A DNA stretch of 64,000 nt from Malacoraja senta. Its lineage: Eukaryota. The stretch spans positions 24,430,001 through 24,494,000 of the forward strand of contig CM075989.1 in the NCBI GenBank assembly GCA_038087875.1. Direction: 5' to 3'. Shown piece by piece: positions 14,436-27,190 of this stretch; positions within the stretch are counted from its first letter, which is position 1; every line of letters starts with the position of its first letter. The notes beneath the pieces are model-generated. The model was not told where the DNA came from. It made no database searches and saw nothing but the letters and a program-made list of their open reading frames with translations. The position numbers and the translations under genes were made by a program.

Positions 14436-14800
14436 TTTTTGTGAAATTATTTTTTATTGGAGGTAGATACATATCATATTAAAATCGATACCAGTCTTAC
14501 ATTTTTAAATTACTAATATCGTCCATTATTATTACAATGTCTCCAATACTTTTTTTCTTTTTTTTAAAAACTAAATAGAACTAAAAAGATATAGATGAAA
14601 TAAAGAAAGAAAGAGAAAAAAGAGAAGAGACAAAAAACAAAATTAAAAAAAACAAAAAACAAAACAAAAAACAAAAACAAACAAAAACAAAAAAACAAAA
14701 AAAACAAAAAGATAATAAAGAAGAATGGAATAATTTACTACGATAAAAACCTTCATTCGAGATATATTCGTACATTTCAGAGTATAACCTTTCATCTATT
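14436..14800 (-). mobile_element. 5'-truncated poly(A)-tailed retroposon insertion (L1-like 3' end)
   Basis: 16-bp TSD CCATCGTCACTTTATT at 14420-14435 and 14801-14816; AATAAA and an A-tail on the minus strand. Confidence 0.75.
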
Positions 14801-15283
14801 CCATCGTCACTTTATTACTGGAGGAAGGGTCTCAACCCAAAAGTCACCCATTCCTTCTCTCCAGAGATGCTACCTGTCCCGCTGAGTTACTCCAGCATCT
14901 TGTGTCACTTTTTACCTGTGTGTTGGTTTTCTGTGACTGTGTTCATATGGATAGAAGATAGACACAAAATTCTGGAGTAACTCAGCGGGACAGGCAGCAT
15001 CTCTGCAGAGATGGAATGGGTGACGATTCGGATCGAGACCCTTCTTCAGAAAGCCTGACATAGGTATCCCTACACAATAACGGGGCTTCCTTTCATATTA
15101 TTATATAAATATATCTAGTGTAAGTGCAAATGTTAATTCCTGCGATTGGCAGACTAATTTTCTTCGTCTCTCCACCTTTAGCAATTGTACTTACCAGTCG
15201 TATTGCATCTGACTACTGCAGAGGTGGGGGACCCATATCAAGAGATTTTTACAACATAATCGACTTGTGTCCATCTGTATATA

Positions 15284-15333
15284 CATTACCCGCTGGGCAT
15301 TACCCGCTGGGCATTACCCGCTGGGCATAACCC
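15284..15333. repeat. 14-bp tandem repeat (CATTACCCGCTGGG) x3.5
   Basis: Read directly from the sequence. Confidence 0.9.
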
Positions 15334-16148
15334 ACTCGTTGCACGGGCGGCGTATGGAAGCTTTGAGATTGTTGCTGGTTCCATTGACTATTAGAGATCA
15401 AACATTCCAAATTCCAACGTTAGTTTTTTTGTTTCGGCCTGGTTAAATTACCAATTTAGTGCTAAGTTATTTTATTTCATGTCATGTGTTAAATCTGTTA
15501 GGACATTACTTTCTCACCAGTGGAAGATATTTGCAATACTATCTGTCTGCGTTGGTAGTTTGCAGACATACAACATATGTCCATGCTTACTTAATATTCT
15601 ACAGGTTAAAAATGAAGTATGAAATATTGAAATGTACTTGACTGTTAATACTTCAATTAAAGTCTGACATTCTTTGTCATAGTGGAATGCGTTCCATTCG
15701 GTGTTCTGTTTTATGTTCTGTCCAAGTTTGCTCTGTTTGTAGGTTTAAAGCAGGTTTAATATCTTTATAAAGTGTGTGACTTCGTTTAGTGTCGAACCAT
15801 TGAGACAAATACAGTTTTCAAAACCCTTTAGAATTATTGGGAAGAGCTGTGTTAATCTCCAGAATGTCATGATAAAAATGAGTCAAGCAGAGTTTGGGGA
15901 TTCTCCTGAATTTGGTGGGAGATTGGCACTACAGAAAAACAGCGACTGCTATGTTAGCCCAGGGTTTCCATTCAATTCTGAGGTGACCACTCATTAAAAT
16001 TCTGGGGATGTTTTGCTGGAACAGTGGTATAAAAGATAACATGGCCTTCTTGTAAAAAATAACTCTTGTTTTGATAACTTTTGGAGCAGCTTAGTTTCTT
16101 CTCAATTATCTTTCAAATCATTGAGATTTTTTTTCTTTGTTGTCACAG

Positions 16149-16228
16149 TCGAAAGGAAAAAAGCCTCTCTTTGTGCAATTAGTGTTGGAAAACATCTGGA
16201 GCCTGTACGAGGCTGTAGTTGTCCGAAG
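16149..16228 (+). CDS. EFL1: EFL1 coding exon
   Basis: Pyrimidine tract and cacag| acceptor; AG|gtaagc donor. Translates [26 protein letters not shown]. 80 nt, phase 0 to 2. Confidence 0.95.
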
Positions 16229-19200
16229 GTAAGCAATAACTCTTTCACGTCATGTGGTTTTCATGAACATGAAAGTTAATATCTGTAAATGCCTTAAAAC
16301 CACATGTAGAAGTCTTCCATTTTGTAGATTGTGATGCTAGTTGCAAGGAGAGAGACTTGTTTTATACCACAATCCATTTTAATGCTCCAAAGACATACAG
16401 GTTTGTAGGTTAACTGGTTTGGTATAATTGTAAATTGTCCCTAATGTGTGTCGGATAGTGTTAGTGTATGGGGATCGCTGGTCGGCGCGGACTCGTTGGG
16501 TCATAGGGCCTGTTTCCCTGCTGTATAAACTAAACAAATTATTCCCTGATATTTTACACACTAGACAGAGGCCAAACCTCGGTACACAGGAAAAGTGCCC
16601 TCAATGCCCATATGTAGTGGCACTGTTTTAGGAAACCAATTTCAACACAGAGTCAGGTAAAAATTGTTTTTGTCAGCGGTTGTTCATAATTGACTGAATA
16701 TCATCATGGGTAGAATATACCAGCAGCCTTGTTGTACAGACAATCAGCCACAATGTGAAATCAGAGTTACTTACGGCAGAGGTTTGAACCTCAGCTGAAG
16801 TGCGACAGTCCTGTGTAACAGCAGTATTATCCCCATAATTGCCATCCTTTATGACACATGCTCTCAGAAGCTAAAACCACATGGACTGTTTTCTAATTAG
16901 AGCCTGTCGGTTTATGCATTGACTGTCACCACATTTTTATTATGAAGTTCAATCACTTCCACATTCGGCTTTAATCAGATTCTGGTTGCTATCTGGTGTG
17001 CTTTATTCCATCCATTATTGTAGTACTGGCATCACCCACGTATTAATAATGTATGTTTCATTAAAGTTATACTTTTTGAATTTTAAATCTTCAGACACTG
17101 CATACGAGAATGTACAATGCAGCAACAGTGTGACAAGATGTTAAACAGAGCGAGTTAAAGCGAGCACTCATTTCATATATGTCCAGAATTATCTCACTTA
17201 GTGTGGACTTTGCTCACATGCTACTTCTAACACACATAGCAAATTAATCACTCCATGGAGAGAATTTTATTTTTCTTATTTTTTGTCTACACGCTAAACA
17301 AATTGCTTTGGTTTTCGTGGGAGGAGTAAATGTTCAGATTTGTAGCTTGAAGCAGGTATCTTGTAGGCAACTTATGACCTGTACCCTGACAAGCTATTAA
17401 TTATCATATCTCAGCTTATGTACGTGGCAAGTTCAAAGGAATGGTGTGCATACAAGTATGCAGAAACCAAATAACTTTGTTGATATATTAAAAAGAAAGG
17501 TTGAATCAGATTAATGTTTCAATTTGGAGCCTGGCGGTGGTTTCATGACATTTTGCAGAAGGGTGAAGAAGATGTATTTTGCAGTGACATTTTTGTACTT
17601 CTGCTCATGAAGCATTGAGACTAAAAATAATTTAAACAAATCTCTACTATTATTGATGCTGGTTAAGAATAATGGTCGAATCTGACAGTAGAATTTTTTG
17701 TGACTTGTTCTCATAAGAGTGAACTGTTCTGCATCAATGACAATTATGCAAATGTAGACTGGCAACAAATCCTCGGTGAAAACCAAAGATCATTGTTAAT
17801 ACTGCACAGCAAAAACAGCATTAAATACCATAAGACTGAGGATTTTTAATTATTTGGATTTTCATGTAACAGTATTATTACATAATTGCATTATGGTAAT
17901 AGTAAATAAATTCTAACATTTTGCAATATAGGTCATCATTACATACACTGACTGCATAATGGCCATGTATTATCAATGATCAGTTCAGTCAGTTTAGTTT
18001 ATTGTCACGAGGTACAGTGAAAAGCTTTTTGTTGCGTGCTAACCAGTCAGCAGAAAGACAATACATGATTACAATCAAGCCATTTACACTGTATAGATAC
18101 ATGATAGGGAAATAACATTTAGCGCAAGGTAAAGCCAACAAAGTCCGATCAAGCATAGTCGGAGGGTCAGATATAGTGTAGTGTTACAAATGGTTTTAGT
18201 TTCATGTAGGGTCTAGAATCTGAACCTGGGATTACTGATGAAGGAAGTATGATGAAATCAGACAGATATATCATGATATGCTGTGAGTATATTACTCCAA
18301 TCGCATAAGACCAATGAGATCATGCATATAGATTTAGAATTTCCTTTTGTCATTGCACAAGACTTGTTCTTCCCACTCCCCAAATTCAGTGAAACTGCAG
18401 ATTTACTGAATTGATCAAGAGCATAAGCCTCCGTGAAAATAAGTTTGATTAACTCGTTCTTGCTATGTTTGCAAAGCTAGATCAGATGAGAGTTACCTGA
18501 CTTGTATTTGGCCTGGACTAGAACATAACTTTTCTTTTATTACTACCATGAACAGTTGGGAGTTCTGCTCACTCATGAGCCTTGACTTCAAACCTTAGAT
18601 CATAATGAATATGTCCACAACAACAGAAATAAATTCAGTGCTAAAATCCAAGTACTGTACCTGAACAGAATGTAAGGGAAGAAGTCCCTTTGACAAGATG
18701 TAGCTTGGCCTGCCTACACATATTGTCAAAATAACACCCATTTGTTTGAATAATCCTCATATTATAAATGGGTCAAAAGGTTGATTCACAGAGACCAAGT
18801 GAAGAAAAAGCTAATGCTGCGTTATTTTGTTGTGGTCCGAGTTCCTCCAAATCATTCTCCAGACTAATTCCCAGTGAGTGGCCGTGACTCTGAACGTCTG
18901 TGTATTCCCATAGTGGCGGGATTGTGTCAACCTTTCACATGATTCTTTATTTTTGGTTTGAGTTTGAGAAAAGCTGCCAACTGCTGCAACTGAAGTTGGC
19001 TCTTGGCTATGTTTACTGAGATTGGGCTAAACCAGGCAGTACGCTGTTCATGCTGCCTGGGTGAACGAGTTCAGTGCTTGTGTGTTTAGATGCAATTTTC
19101 CACTTCACTTATTTTTAAATATTTAGGCAGTGCGGTCAATTGAATTTGTTGCTTCTGTTAATACCTCCTCTGAAAGTTTTATTATAAAGTTTTAAACGTG

Positions 19201-20386
19201 GGCACTATAAAGTTTATATCTGTACCTCACTCCTCTGCCAGTGTTTGATCTGGTTTCATGTACAAATTCTAGACCAACCTCTTTCCAGGCAGAGCTGCTT
19301 TCTGTCCTGTTGTAGCTGCCCAGCAATTCCACGAAGAACTGGAGGATTAACATCAATGTACAAATAATTAAGTAATTTATTTCATCCTGATAATTGTTCC
19401 TAAAATTTTGCATACGGGACATAAATATTAATTTCTTGGAGATTGTAGGACTGTCATGCATAAATGATTTAGCAAGGTGAAGGGCAAGATTTATCACTTG
19501 AAAAAGAAAATAAAGCAGATCTGGCAAAGTGAGCTAAAATAAAATGTTTTAATGGATAAATTATAAATGAATGCTTTGTTAAGGCAAGAATTTAAGACAT
19601 TTACAGGATTTGTAAAGTGGTCAATAAATATTATTACTTGTATATCTATTACGCCTGCATGGGTCATGCGGAATATCGCCTCAATGTTGGACAGCTACTG
19701 TTACTTTGCAATCAAACTGTGGTAAATATCAAAACCAGCATTTTTTTTTTGTCAGACTACTTATGAAATGTATTAGTGAAGAATCAGAAGATAGACACAA
19801 AATGCTGGAGTAACTTAGCAGGACAGGCAGCTTCTCTGGAGAGGTCTGAAGAAGAGTCTCAACCCAAAAGGTCAACCATTCAATCTCTCGACAGATGCTG
19901 CCTGGCTCGCTGAGTTCCTCCAGCATTTCATGTCTATCTTCGGTGTAAAGCAGCATCTGCAATGCCTTCCTACACAGCGTAGAACCAGAATTTCTCACTT
20001 TCAACAGTAACAGTGTAATGCCATCTTGCGTGGTGATGAATTAAATATATTTCAGCGTACTATAGGAATTACATTTCAGGGCTTTCCCCTCTGGTCTGGT
20101 ACCTTGTTCAGGCAACAATTACATGTAAACTGACCTGGTTATTTACAGCAAATTGAGCTAATTTGCTCCATTTTGTGGCATTGCTGAATGCCAGAATATT
20201 CTGATTTCAGTACAAATCTAAGCATGGAATGTAAATTTTATGTTTTCTAAATATATACTCTCTCTGAGTAGCTTTAATTTTGTATATTTTTCAATGTGAG
20301 CATACCTCTGAAAACAACTTTAATGAACGAATGTATATCTTGGGCATGTGTGAAGAAAACACACTCTTTTTTTGCTTGGTTTCCAG

Positions 20387-20523
20387 GGACAAAGAGAAGA
20401 TTAACAAGATAGTGAATTCACTGGGTCTGTCCATTCTACCTCGTGATTCACGACACGCAGATCCTAGAGTGCATCTCAATGCCATCTGCACTCAGTGGCT
20501 TCCCATCTCTCAGGCTGTGCTGG
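20387..20523 (+). CDS. EFL1: EFL1 coding exon, followed by a U12-type donor
   Basis: ttccag| acceptor and G|gtatcctttg donor. Translates (R)DKEKINKIVNSLGLSILPRDSRHADPRVHLNAICTQWLPISQAVL. 137 nt, phase 2 to 1. Confidence 0.95.
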
Positions 20524-20917
20524 GTATCCTTTGATAATATCGTGTAATATATATTGGATTTCAATATTTAACAATTGGTTGAATTCTTAGTGATTGTAAC
20601 AATGTCTGTGAATCCATCTGTGCAACCTAAACAGTAGCAAGATACCTGAAAAAAAGCTTTTTGGAAAAAACCGCAAGACCACAGTGACTGTGCAATATCA
20701 CAAGGTGCTAATTTCCACTCAACAATCTCATAAATATTAATTACATTGATCCTAATGGTTTACAATATGACTGATAAGTTGTACCTATTATGACAGCGAT
20801 CAACATTTTGAAATAGCCATCAGTCAACAGTGAAAACCTTAAATATTAATGGCAGAAAGTCTATGATCTGAACCGTTGAAAATATTAAGCTATTCAATCA
20901 GACTTTCATTCTTTTGT

Positions 20918-21108
20918 TGACACAAAATGCTGGAGTAACTCAGCGGGACAGGCAGCATCTCTGGAGAGAAGGATCTCAAGAAGAAGTGTCTCGAACTGAA
21001 ATGTCGCCCATTCCTTCTCTCCAGAGATGCTGCCTCTCCCGCTGAGTTACTCCAGCACTTTGTGTCTATCTTCGAATTAAACCAGCATCTGCTGTTCTTT
21101 CCGACACG
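20918..21108. mobile_element. Palindromic Penelope-derived short element inside the U12 intron
   Basis: Inverted arms; flanked by a CTTTCATTCTTT direct repeat at 20903-20914 and 21109-21120. Confidence 0.8.
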
Positions 21109-21585
21109 CTTTCATTCTTTTACTTTACTGACCGTGTTTCATTCTGTGGATGAATTTTGAAGTTTATCCTTCCATTTATTTACTTTGATAAAGGTATTTT
21201 GACCATGACCATGATCAAGTTTTAAATCAGGACCTAAGTAACAGTGAAGATGGTTATCCTTGCTCTGATCATACACATGCTGTGGTCTGGTGATGCAGTC
21301 TTCTACAGTGTATAGAATGAACAAACAATCACCTCCTGATGCATCACCAGTGTTTCACCATATTCCTTGACATGTCAGGCTGCAGTAGTTTAGTTTTCCC
21401 CTCCCCTTCTCAGCTCTCCCCCAGCCCTCTGCCTCCTCCTCTTCCTTTCTTCTTCCCGCCCCCCCTCCCCCCCCCTCCACCCTGCATCAGTCTGAAGAAT
21501 GGTTTTGGCCCGAAACGTTGCCCATTTCCTTCGCTCCATAGATGCTGCCGCACCTGCTGAGTTTCTCCAGCAATTTTGTCTACTG

Positions 21586-21893
21586 TAGTTTAGGTTTAGT
21601 TTAGAGATACAGCGTGGAAACAGGCCCTTCGTCCCACCGAGTCCGCTCCGACCAATGATTCCCAAACATTAACACTATCCTATACTAGGGACAATTTGCA
21701 CTTATACCAAGCCAATTAACTTACAAACCTGTAGGTCTTTGGAGTGTGGGAGGAAACTGAAGATCTCAGAGAAAATCCACGCGGTCACGGGGAGAACGTA
21801 CAAACTCCGAACAGACAGCATCCATAGTCGGGATCGAACCCGGGTCTCCGGCGCTGTAAGGCAGCAACTCTACCGCTGCATCACCGTGCCGCC
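21586..21893 (-). mobile_element. Full-length V-SINE (HE1-like)
   Basis: A/B-box head, V-domain, CR1-like 3' end and (TAAAC)n tail. Confidence 0.88.
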
Positions 21894-23724
21894 CACAATA
21901 GCACATAATTGGCCTGGAAGAAAACAATTATTTTCTTTGGAAAATAAGTGTCCAGAGTAGTCAATACTTGAGTCTTACATGCTTGAAGATGGCCTTATGA
22001 TGCATTGGAATCCATCAATCTTGCAGGTTGTACAAACCCTGTATGCATAATGCTGAGATCACAGTAGTTCATCCAAATGGGAAACTTTTATTTTTTTTAA
22101 TTGCATGACTAACTCAAAAATACTAATTGATCTATATTTAAATGTGAGTTTTAAATAAGGGTGAAGAAAAACGTTGCAGATGCTGGAAATCTGAAATTTT
22201 TAAAAAAGCTGATAAGAGTTCTGTTTTGGCTCTGCATATATTGCCTGACTATGAGTATTTCCAGCTTTTTCTCTTTATATATTTAGAAAAGAGACCCTTG
22301 TTTAAATAATTGATTTTTTTAGTGTATAAAAATATATCCAGGATGCTGTGGGTTCAAGCTAATAAAATTGAATATATTTAAGGGGAATACAGTAAATGTT
22401 TGTCTGAGGGTTTACAAAAAGTGTACTGTATGGTTCTGGATAAAAGAATTGTAGATCAAATTATCTGACATGTTATGATACAGAATGTGGCAGCTCATGT
22501 ATGCAGTGGGTTGCAGGCCAGAAAACAAAATATGTGACTAACCAATGTTGCTGGACTGAAGGAATGTTTTTACCCTTGGCTAACAAGATTCAGATCATTG
22601 GTTCCCCTTGATAAATGTAAATGCCTTAGAGTCCTCCAAGGATGACTACAGCCTCCTGAGATGACGTGACCTTTCCATTAACTTTAGTTGAACTTGCATG
22701 GCTCCTTGCATGGCTCCTTCAGGATGAATGAAGTAGCAGCTTCTTCGTTGAGTTGCATTTGATTTTGTGGACAGACACAAAATGCTGGAGTAACTTAGTG
22801 CTGGAGTAACAGGCAGCATCTCTGGAGAGAAGGATTGGGTGACATTTTGCGGTGAGACCCTTCTTCAGACTCTTTGATTTTGTGGGACTGGATCTGCTCA
22901 GACCTAGGTCTTTGCGCATGGCGGCATTTCAAAATCAGTGGGGAAAGGCATCCTCTACAGAACGAAGTAGAGTTGCTGTTTCACTGCTACATTATGAGCG
23001 TGTTTCAACGTCTCTGTCAAATCCATTACCTAAACCATCCTCCATTTTATCTGAAGATGTAAAATAGATTGTGTCAGCAGATAAGCCATGCACATTTCTC
23101 TAGTGAAAGTCAGTAGAAGTGTTGGCCCTCATTCTGTGGCTCGCTCATGGAGTTTCAAAGGTCGTTTATTGTCACATGTAGCAATTAAGGTACAGTGATA
23201 TGCGAATTACCATACAGCCATACAAAAGAAAAAACAACAAGACTCACAACTACATAAAAGTTAACATAAACATCCACCACAGCGGATTCCCCACATTCTC
23301 ACTGTGATGGAAGGCAGAGAAGTCCAATCTTCTTCCTCTTTGCATCATGCTGTGCGTATACCCACACACATTTGGATCATATCATGGTAGAATGTTCCAT
23401 TTGGGTGCACCATACATATCACATTCATTTTAAGAAAGTTTGTGCAGGTCTGATCACAAGTCAATGAGGCAAAGGACTGCACAGGAAGTTGTACGGGACG
23501 TGCTGGAAGACTAGGTCGTAGATCCTGCCGGGCTGCATCTGTGAGAAGAGTAACAAAGCTAACGTTTCAAATCAAAGTTCTGACCTTCTGACAAAGGGCC
23601 TTCAATTGAAACAAATGCATTGCTTCTCTTTCCAGAGACATGTCCTGAAACTGCTGAGGATTTCCAGCATTTTCTGTTTCTTTTTCAGGTTTCCAGCGTT
23701 TAGAATTTTGTTTTATTTTCACTT

Positions 23725-24260
23725 GGTGGATATTGTCGAATGGTTTACTGAGCAGACTATCCAAGTCATTTGGAATAATGCTTTATATTCAGACCTTTCA
23801 AATAAGCACCGACACTTTATCTGCTGAGGAGATAGATCTGTCTATCACATTCTTCATGCATAGTTGGATCTTCAGCAACTCCATGTACTGTGCAGAGGAA
23901 GAACTGTCATCCATCTTCTTCTGAAGCGTGTGTTTGCCAAAAAGGTTTGGCACTGGACTTTCTTAAGGTTCATCCTGAACAGCTGCCTTACACAGCAAAC
24001 TGCCCCATGTCTGTTCCCAGCCATGTAGACGGAGACGAACGGCAACTGCTGCTGGGAGATTATCAGCTTGGTGAAAGACTGCCTTTGGTGTGCCAGAAAC
24101 GTGCGGGGCATGCAGAGCCATAAGCTGTCCATGACCAAATGCTACAGACTGGCACATTCCACGCTTCAGGACACACTGAATCTCTGTGTGGTCTCTCAGA
24201 AACTGGTTGGGGAAAGGTCACGGTTTAAGGCCATCTCATGCCTGAACACTGATGGGCCAG
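23725..24260 (+). mobile_element. Degenerate Tx1/L1-clade LINE ORF2 C-terminal fragment
   Basis: Frameshifted pieces VDIVEWFTEQTIQVIWNNALYSDLSNKH, TVIHLLLKRVFAKKVW and VKDCLWCARN...CYRLAHSTLQ resemble the zinc-knuckle/C-terminal region of Tx1-type ORF2. Confidence 0.6.
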
Positions 24261-24343
24261 AACCCCAGTCAAACCCCCTCAGCCTCTTGGAAATTATTTT
24301 AAAAACAATTTGGTGCCATGCAGACATACAATAAATCATTTAA

Positions 24344-24475
24344 GTCTGAAGAAGGGTCTTGACCCAAAACGTCACCCATTACTTCTCTCCAGAGATGCTG
24401 CCTGTCCCGCTGAGCTACTCCAGCTTGTTGTGTCTATCTTTGGTTTAAGCCAGCATCTGCAGTTCCTTCCTACAC
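24344..24475 (+). mobile_element. Monomeric 132-bp Penelope-derived element starting at the hammerhead motif
   Basis: Begins gtctgaagaagggtcttgacccaaaacgtcacc; TSD AAATCATTTAA at 24333-24343 and 24476-24486. Confidence 0.8.
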
Positions 24476-24659
24476 AAATCATTTAAATAATTGGAATGTT
24501 CTAACTTGTTCTGTGAATGACAGGAAATGGCCAACAAATATATCTTGCAAATATTAAGTGAAGTATATATTTGAAAAAGTCATACTTTCTCGAGGAATTT
24601 GTGTTTATTGTTCTGGTAACGGTATTGGTTTATTATGGTCATGGGGGCCGACATACAAT

Positions 24660-25530
24660 GGAAAACTTTGCGTTGCTGTTCAGTCAAATCATACTTTACA
24701 AGAGTACAATCAAGCCATACACATACTATAGGTTATGCCAAGTGAAAATAACAGAGTGCAGAATATATGATTACAGCATAATAGTACGACAGAGAAAGTA
24801 CAGACCATAAGTGCAAGGTCTACAATGGGATGGGTTGAGAGATCTGGACTACACTCCAGCTTATGGGAGAACCATTCAGTCGGCTGATCACAGCGGGGAA
24901 GAAGCTGTTCCTGAATCTGGTGGTGTTTGCTTTTGAACATTTGTATCTTCTGCCTCTCGCGAAACAGGAGAAGAGGGAATGAGTGATCTTTAATTATTTC
25001 CACAATTAACCCAACGTGCACAAACAAATAGATGTAGTTTTTCATGCCACTTGATCTACAACTTTAGGCTGTGCACGCCAGACGCAAGAAGAAGAGCTGC
25101 TTTCCTGGGGCAGCATAAAGTGTAGATGGAGTTGCATTTAGTTAATTGTCATGTGTACCGAGGTACAGTGAAAAGCACTATTTTTTGCGTACTATCTGCC
25201 ATAGCGGGAGGACTATACATGATTACAATCAAGGTGTCCACAGTGTACAGATATAGGGTAAAAGGAATAACGGTTAGTGCAAGATAAGGTTGATTAAAGT
25301 CTGATTGAAGATAGTCCGAGGGTCTCCAATGAGGTAGATGGTAGGTCAAGGATACTCTCTAGTTGGTGATATGATGGTTTAGTTGCCTGATAACAGCTGG
25401 GAAGAAACTGTCCCTGAATCTGGAGGTGTGTGTTTTCACGCTTCTGTACCTCTTGCCTAATGGGAGAGGGGAGAAGAGAGAGTGACCCGGGTGAGACTCG
25501 CCCTTGATTATGCTGCTGGCCTTGCCGAGG
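24660..25530 (-). mobile_element. Two Rex1/Babar-like LINE 3' fragments
   Basis: Minus strand encodes RFRNSFFPAVI and RFRDSFFPAVI, typical of the Rex1 C-terminus; shared tail ...CACTGTACCTCGGTACAC... Confidence 0.65.
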
Positions 25531-26256
25531 TAAAGCTGTAATCAGGAGATGGCATTTGCAGTAGACCTGTTATGATAGTAGGTGAACTGCAGTGGATCAA
25601 GGTTGGCTGTGAGGCTGTGACCATTGTCTCAAAGCACTTCATGGTGGTGAATGTCAGAGCCACTGGATGGTCGTCAGTCAGGCAACATGAACCTTGCTTT
25701 TCTTTGACAAGTCAAGTGGTTTAGCTTTGTCTGATAATTTGTCAGTTGTAGTCAGGAGATGGGATATTGATAAAAATCAATCACCAGAAGTCTAATTTTG
25801 GGGATATTGGACATTTATGGTGCAAAATGCAACACGGGGAAGACAGCTACAAAAAACATGATTTTATTCCAGAATTGCAATGTTTTGCTTCAATAATATT
25901 AACTATGACTGCCCCTTGGCCTGGGAAAATGTGCATCGTACAAATACTTCAGATTACATCCATGATTCCTTTTAAAAGCCACAAAAGTGCTGGAAAAAAT
26001 ATTTCCATAGAAAGGGGAAAATGTTATATTGATTAAATAATCATATGTGTACATTTTGGCGATGATTTCTGCACAATACAGGATCAAGCATTTAAGATGC
26101 CATTAAGATAAAAGCAAAACAGTATAATGATGGCATTTTCTGCTAAACAAAATTGTGGCAGAAATGGTTAACAGGAAAAAAGATCCATCTCTTTGATACA
26201 AAGCTGTCCAGATGAATCCAGTCCTACACTTTATATTCCTTAATGCAGTACAATAG

Positions 26257-26379
26257 CAATGGTTTGCAACAAGCTTCCCAGCCCGTTGGAAATTACTGAA
26301 GAGCGGGTGGAAAAACTCATGTGTGTTCGCAGCAGAAGATTTGATTCACTGCCTGCCCAGACACAAGCACTCAAACAAG
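26257..26379 (+). CDS. EFL1: EFL1 coding exon
   Basis: caatag| acceptor after a U12 branch box; G|gtaaat donor. Translates (A)[40 protein letters not shown], with the LPSP motif that ends the G domain. 123 nt, phase 1 to 1. Confidence 0.95.
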
Positions 26380-26654
26380 GTAAATATACACCATGTACTG
26401 AAATCTTCCTTTGGAATATACAATTTGGTAAAGTAGAAGATGCACAGGTTTTTCCCTTTGGTTTTGAATGCTGGATAACATTTATGGTTTGAATTAACTC
26501 ACTTTTTGGGGGATTAGTAAGTTAATAAAAAAGCATGAATTCATATATGTTTGTTCAAACACGCAGAAGTGATTGCTTATGCCAATAACCATTTACACTT
26601 GTTAAATTTCGGTAATATCATTGTTGCCTATTGCCAAATTGCATGGGAGCGTCG

Positions 26655-27190
26655 ACATGGAGTCATACAGCATGGAAACAGGCCCTTCGGCCCAACTTGC
26701 CCACACCAATCAAGATGCACCATCCATGATAGTCCCACCTGCCTGTTTTTGGCCCATAGCCCCCAAAACCTTTTCTATCCTTGTACCTGTCCAAATGTCT
26801 TTTAAATGTTGTTATAGTACTTGCCTCAACTACCTCTTCTGGCAGCTCGTTCTACACCCCCCCCCCCCCCCCCCACCTTCTGTGTAAAAAAAGTTGCCCC
26901 TCAGGTTCCTATTAACTCTTTCCCCTCTCACCTTAAACTTATGCCCTCTGGTTCTTGATTCCCCTGCTCTGTGTAAAACGACACTGTGCATTCAGATTAT
27001 CTGTCCCCCTCATGATTTTACACATAGAGTCAAAGAGCGTAGAAACGGGCCCTTTCGCCCAACTTGCCCACGCTGACCACCATGCCCCATCCACACTAGT
27101 CCTACCTGCCTGCTTTTGGTTGATAGCCCTCCAAACTTATTCCATCCATGTACTTGTCCAAATGTTTATTAAATGTTGTGATAGTACCTG
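26655..27190 (-). mobile_element. CR1-type LINE 3' fragments
   Basis: Homologous to 57705-58062; 3' tail with GGGCCGAAGGGCCTGTTTCC. Confidence 0.75.

Larger units (their letters stand above)
20524..26256 (+). promoter_or_regulatory. U12-type (minor spliceosome) GT-AG intron of EFL1
   Basis: 5' splice site GTATCCTTT at 20524. Branch box TTCCTTAAT at 26236-26244, 12 nt before the intron end. No polypyrimidine tract between the branch box and the AG. Confidence 0.92.

Noticed and set aside
20280..20386. N-terminal extension of ORF 20280-20534, and similarly the extension after 26379
   Set aside because: Intronic sequence outside the splice sites.
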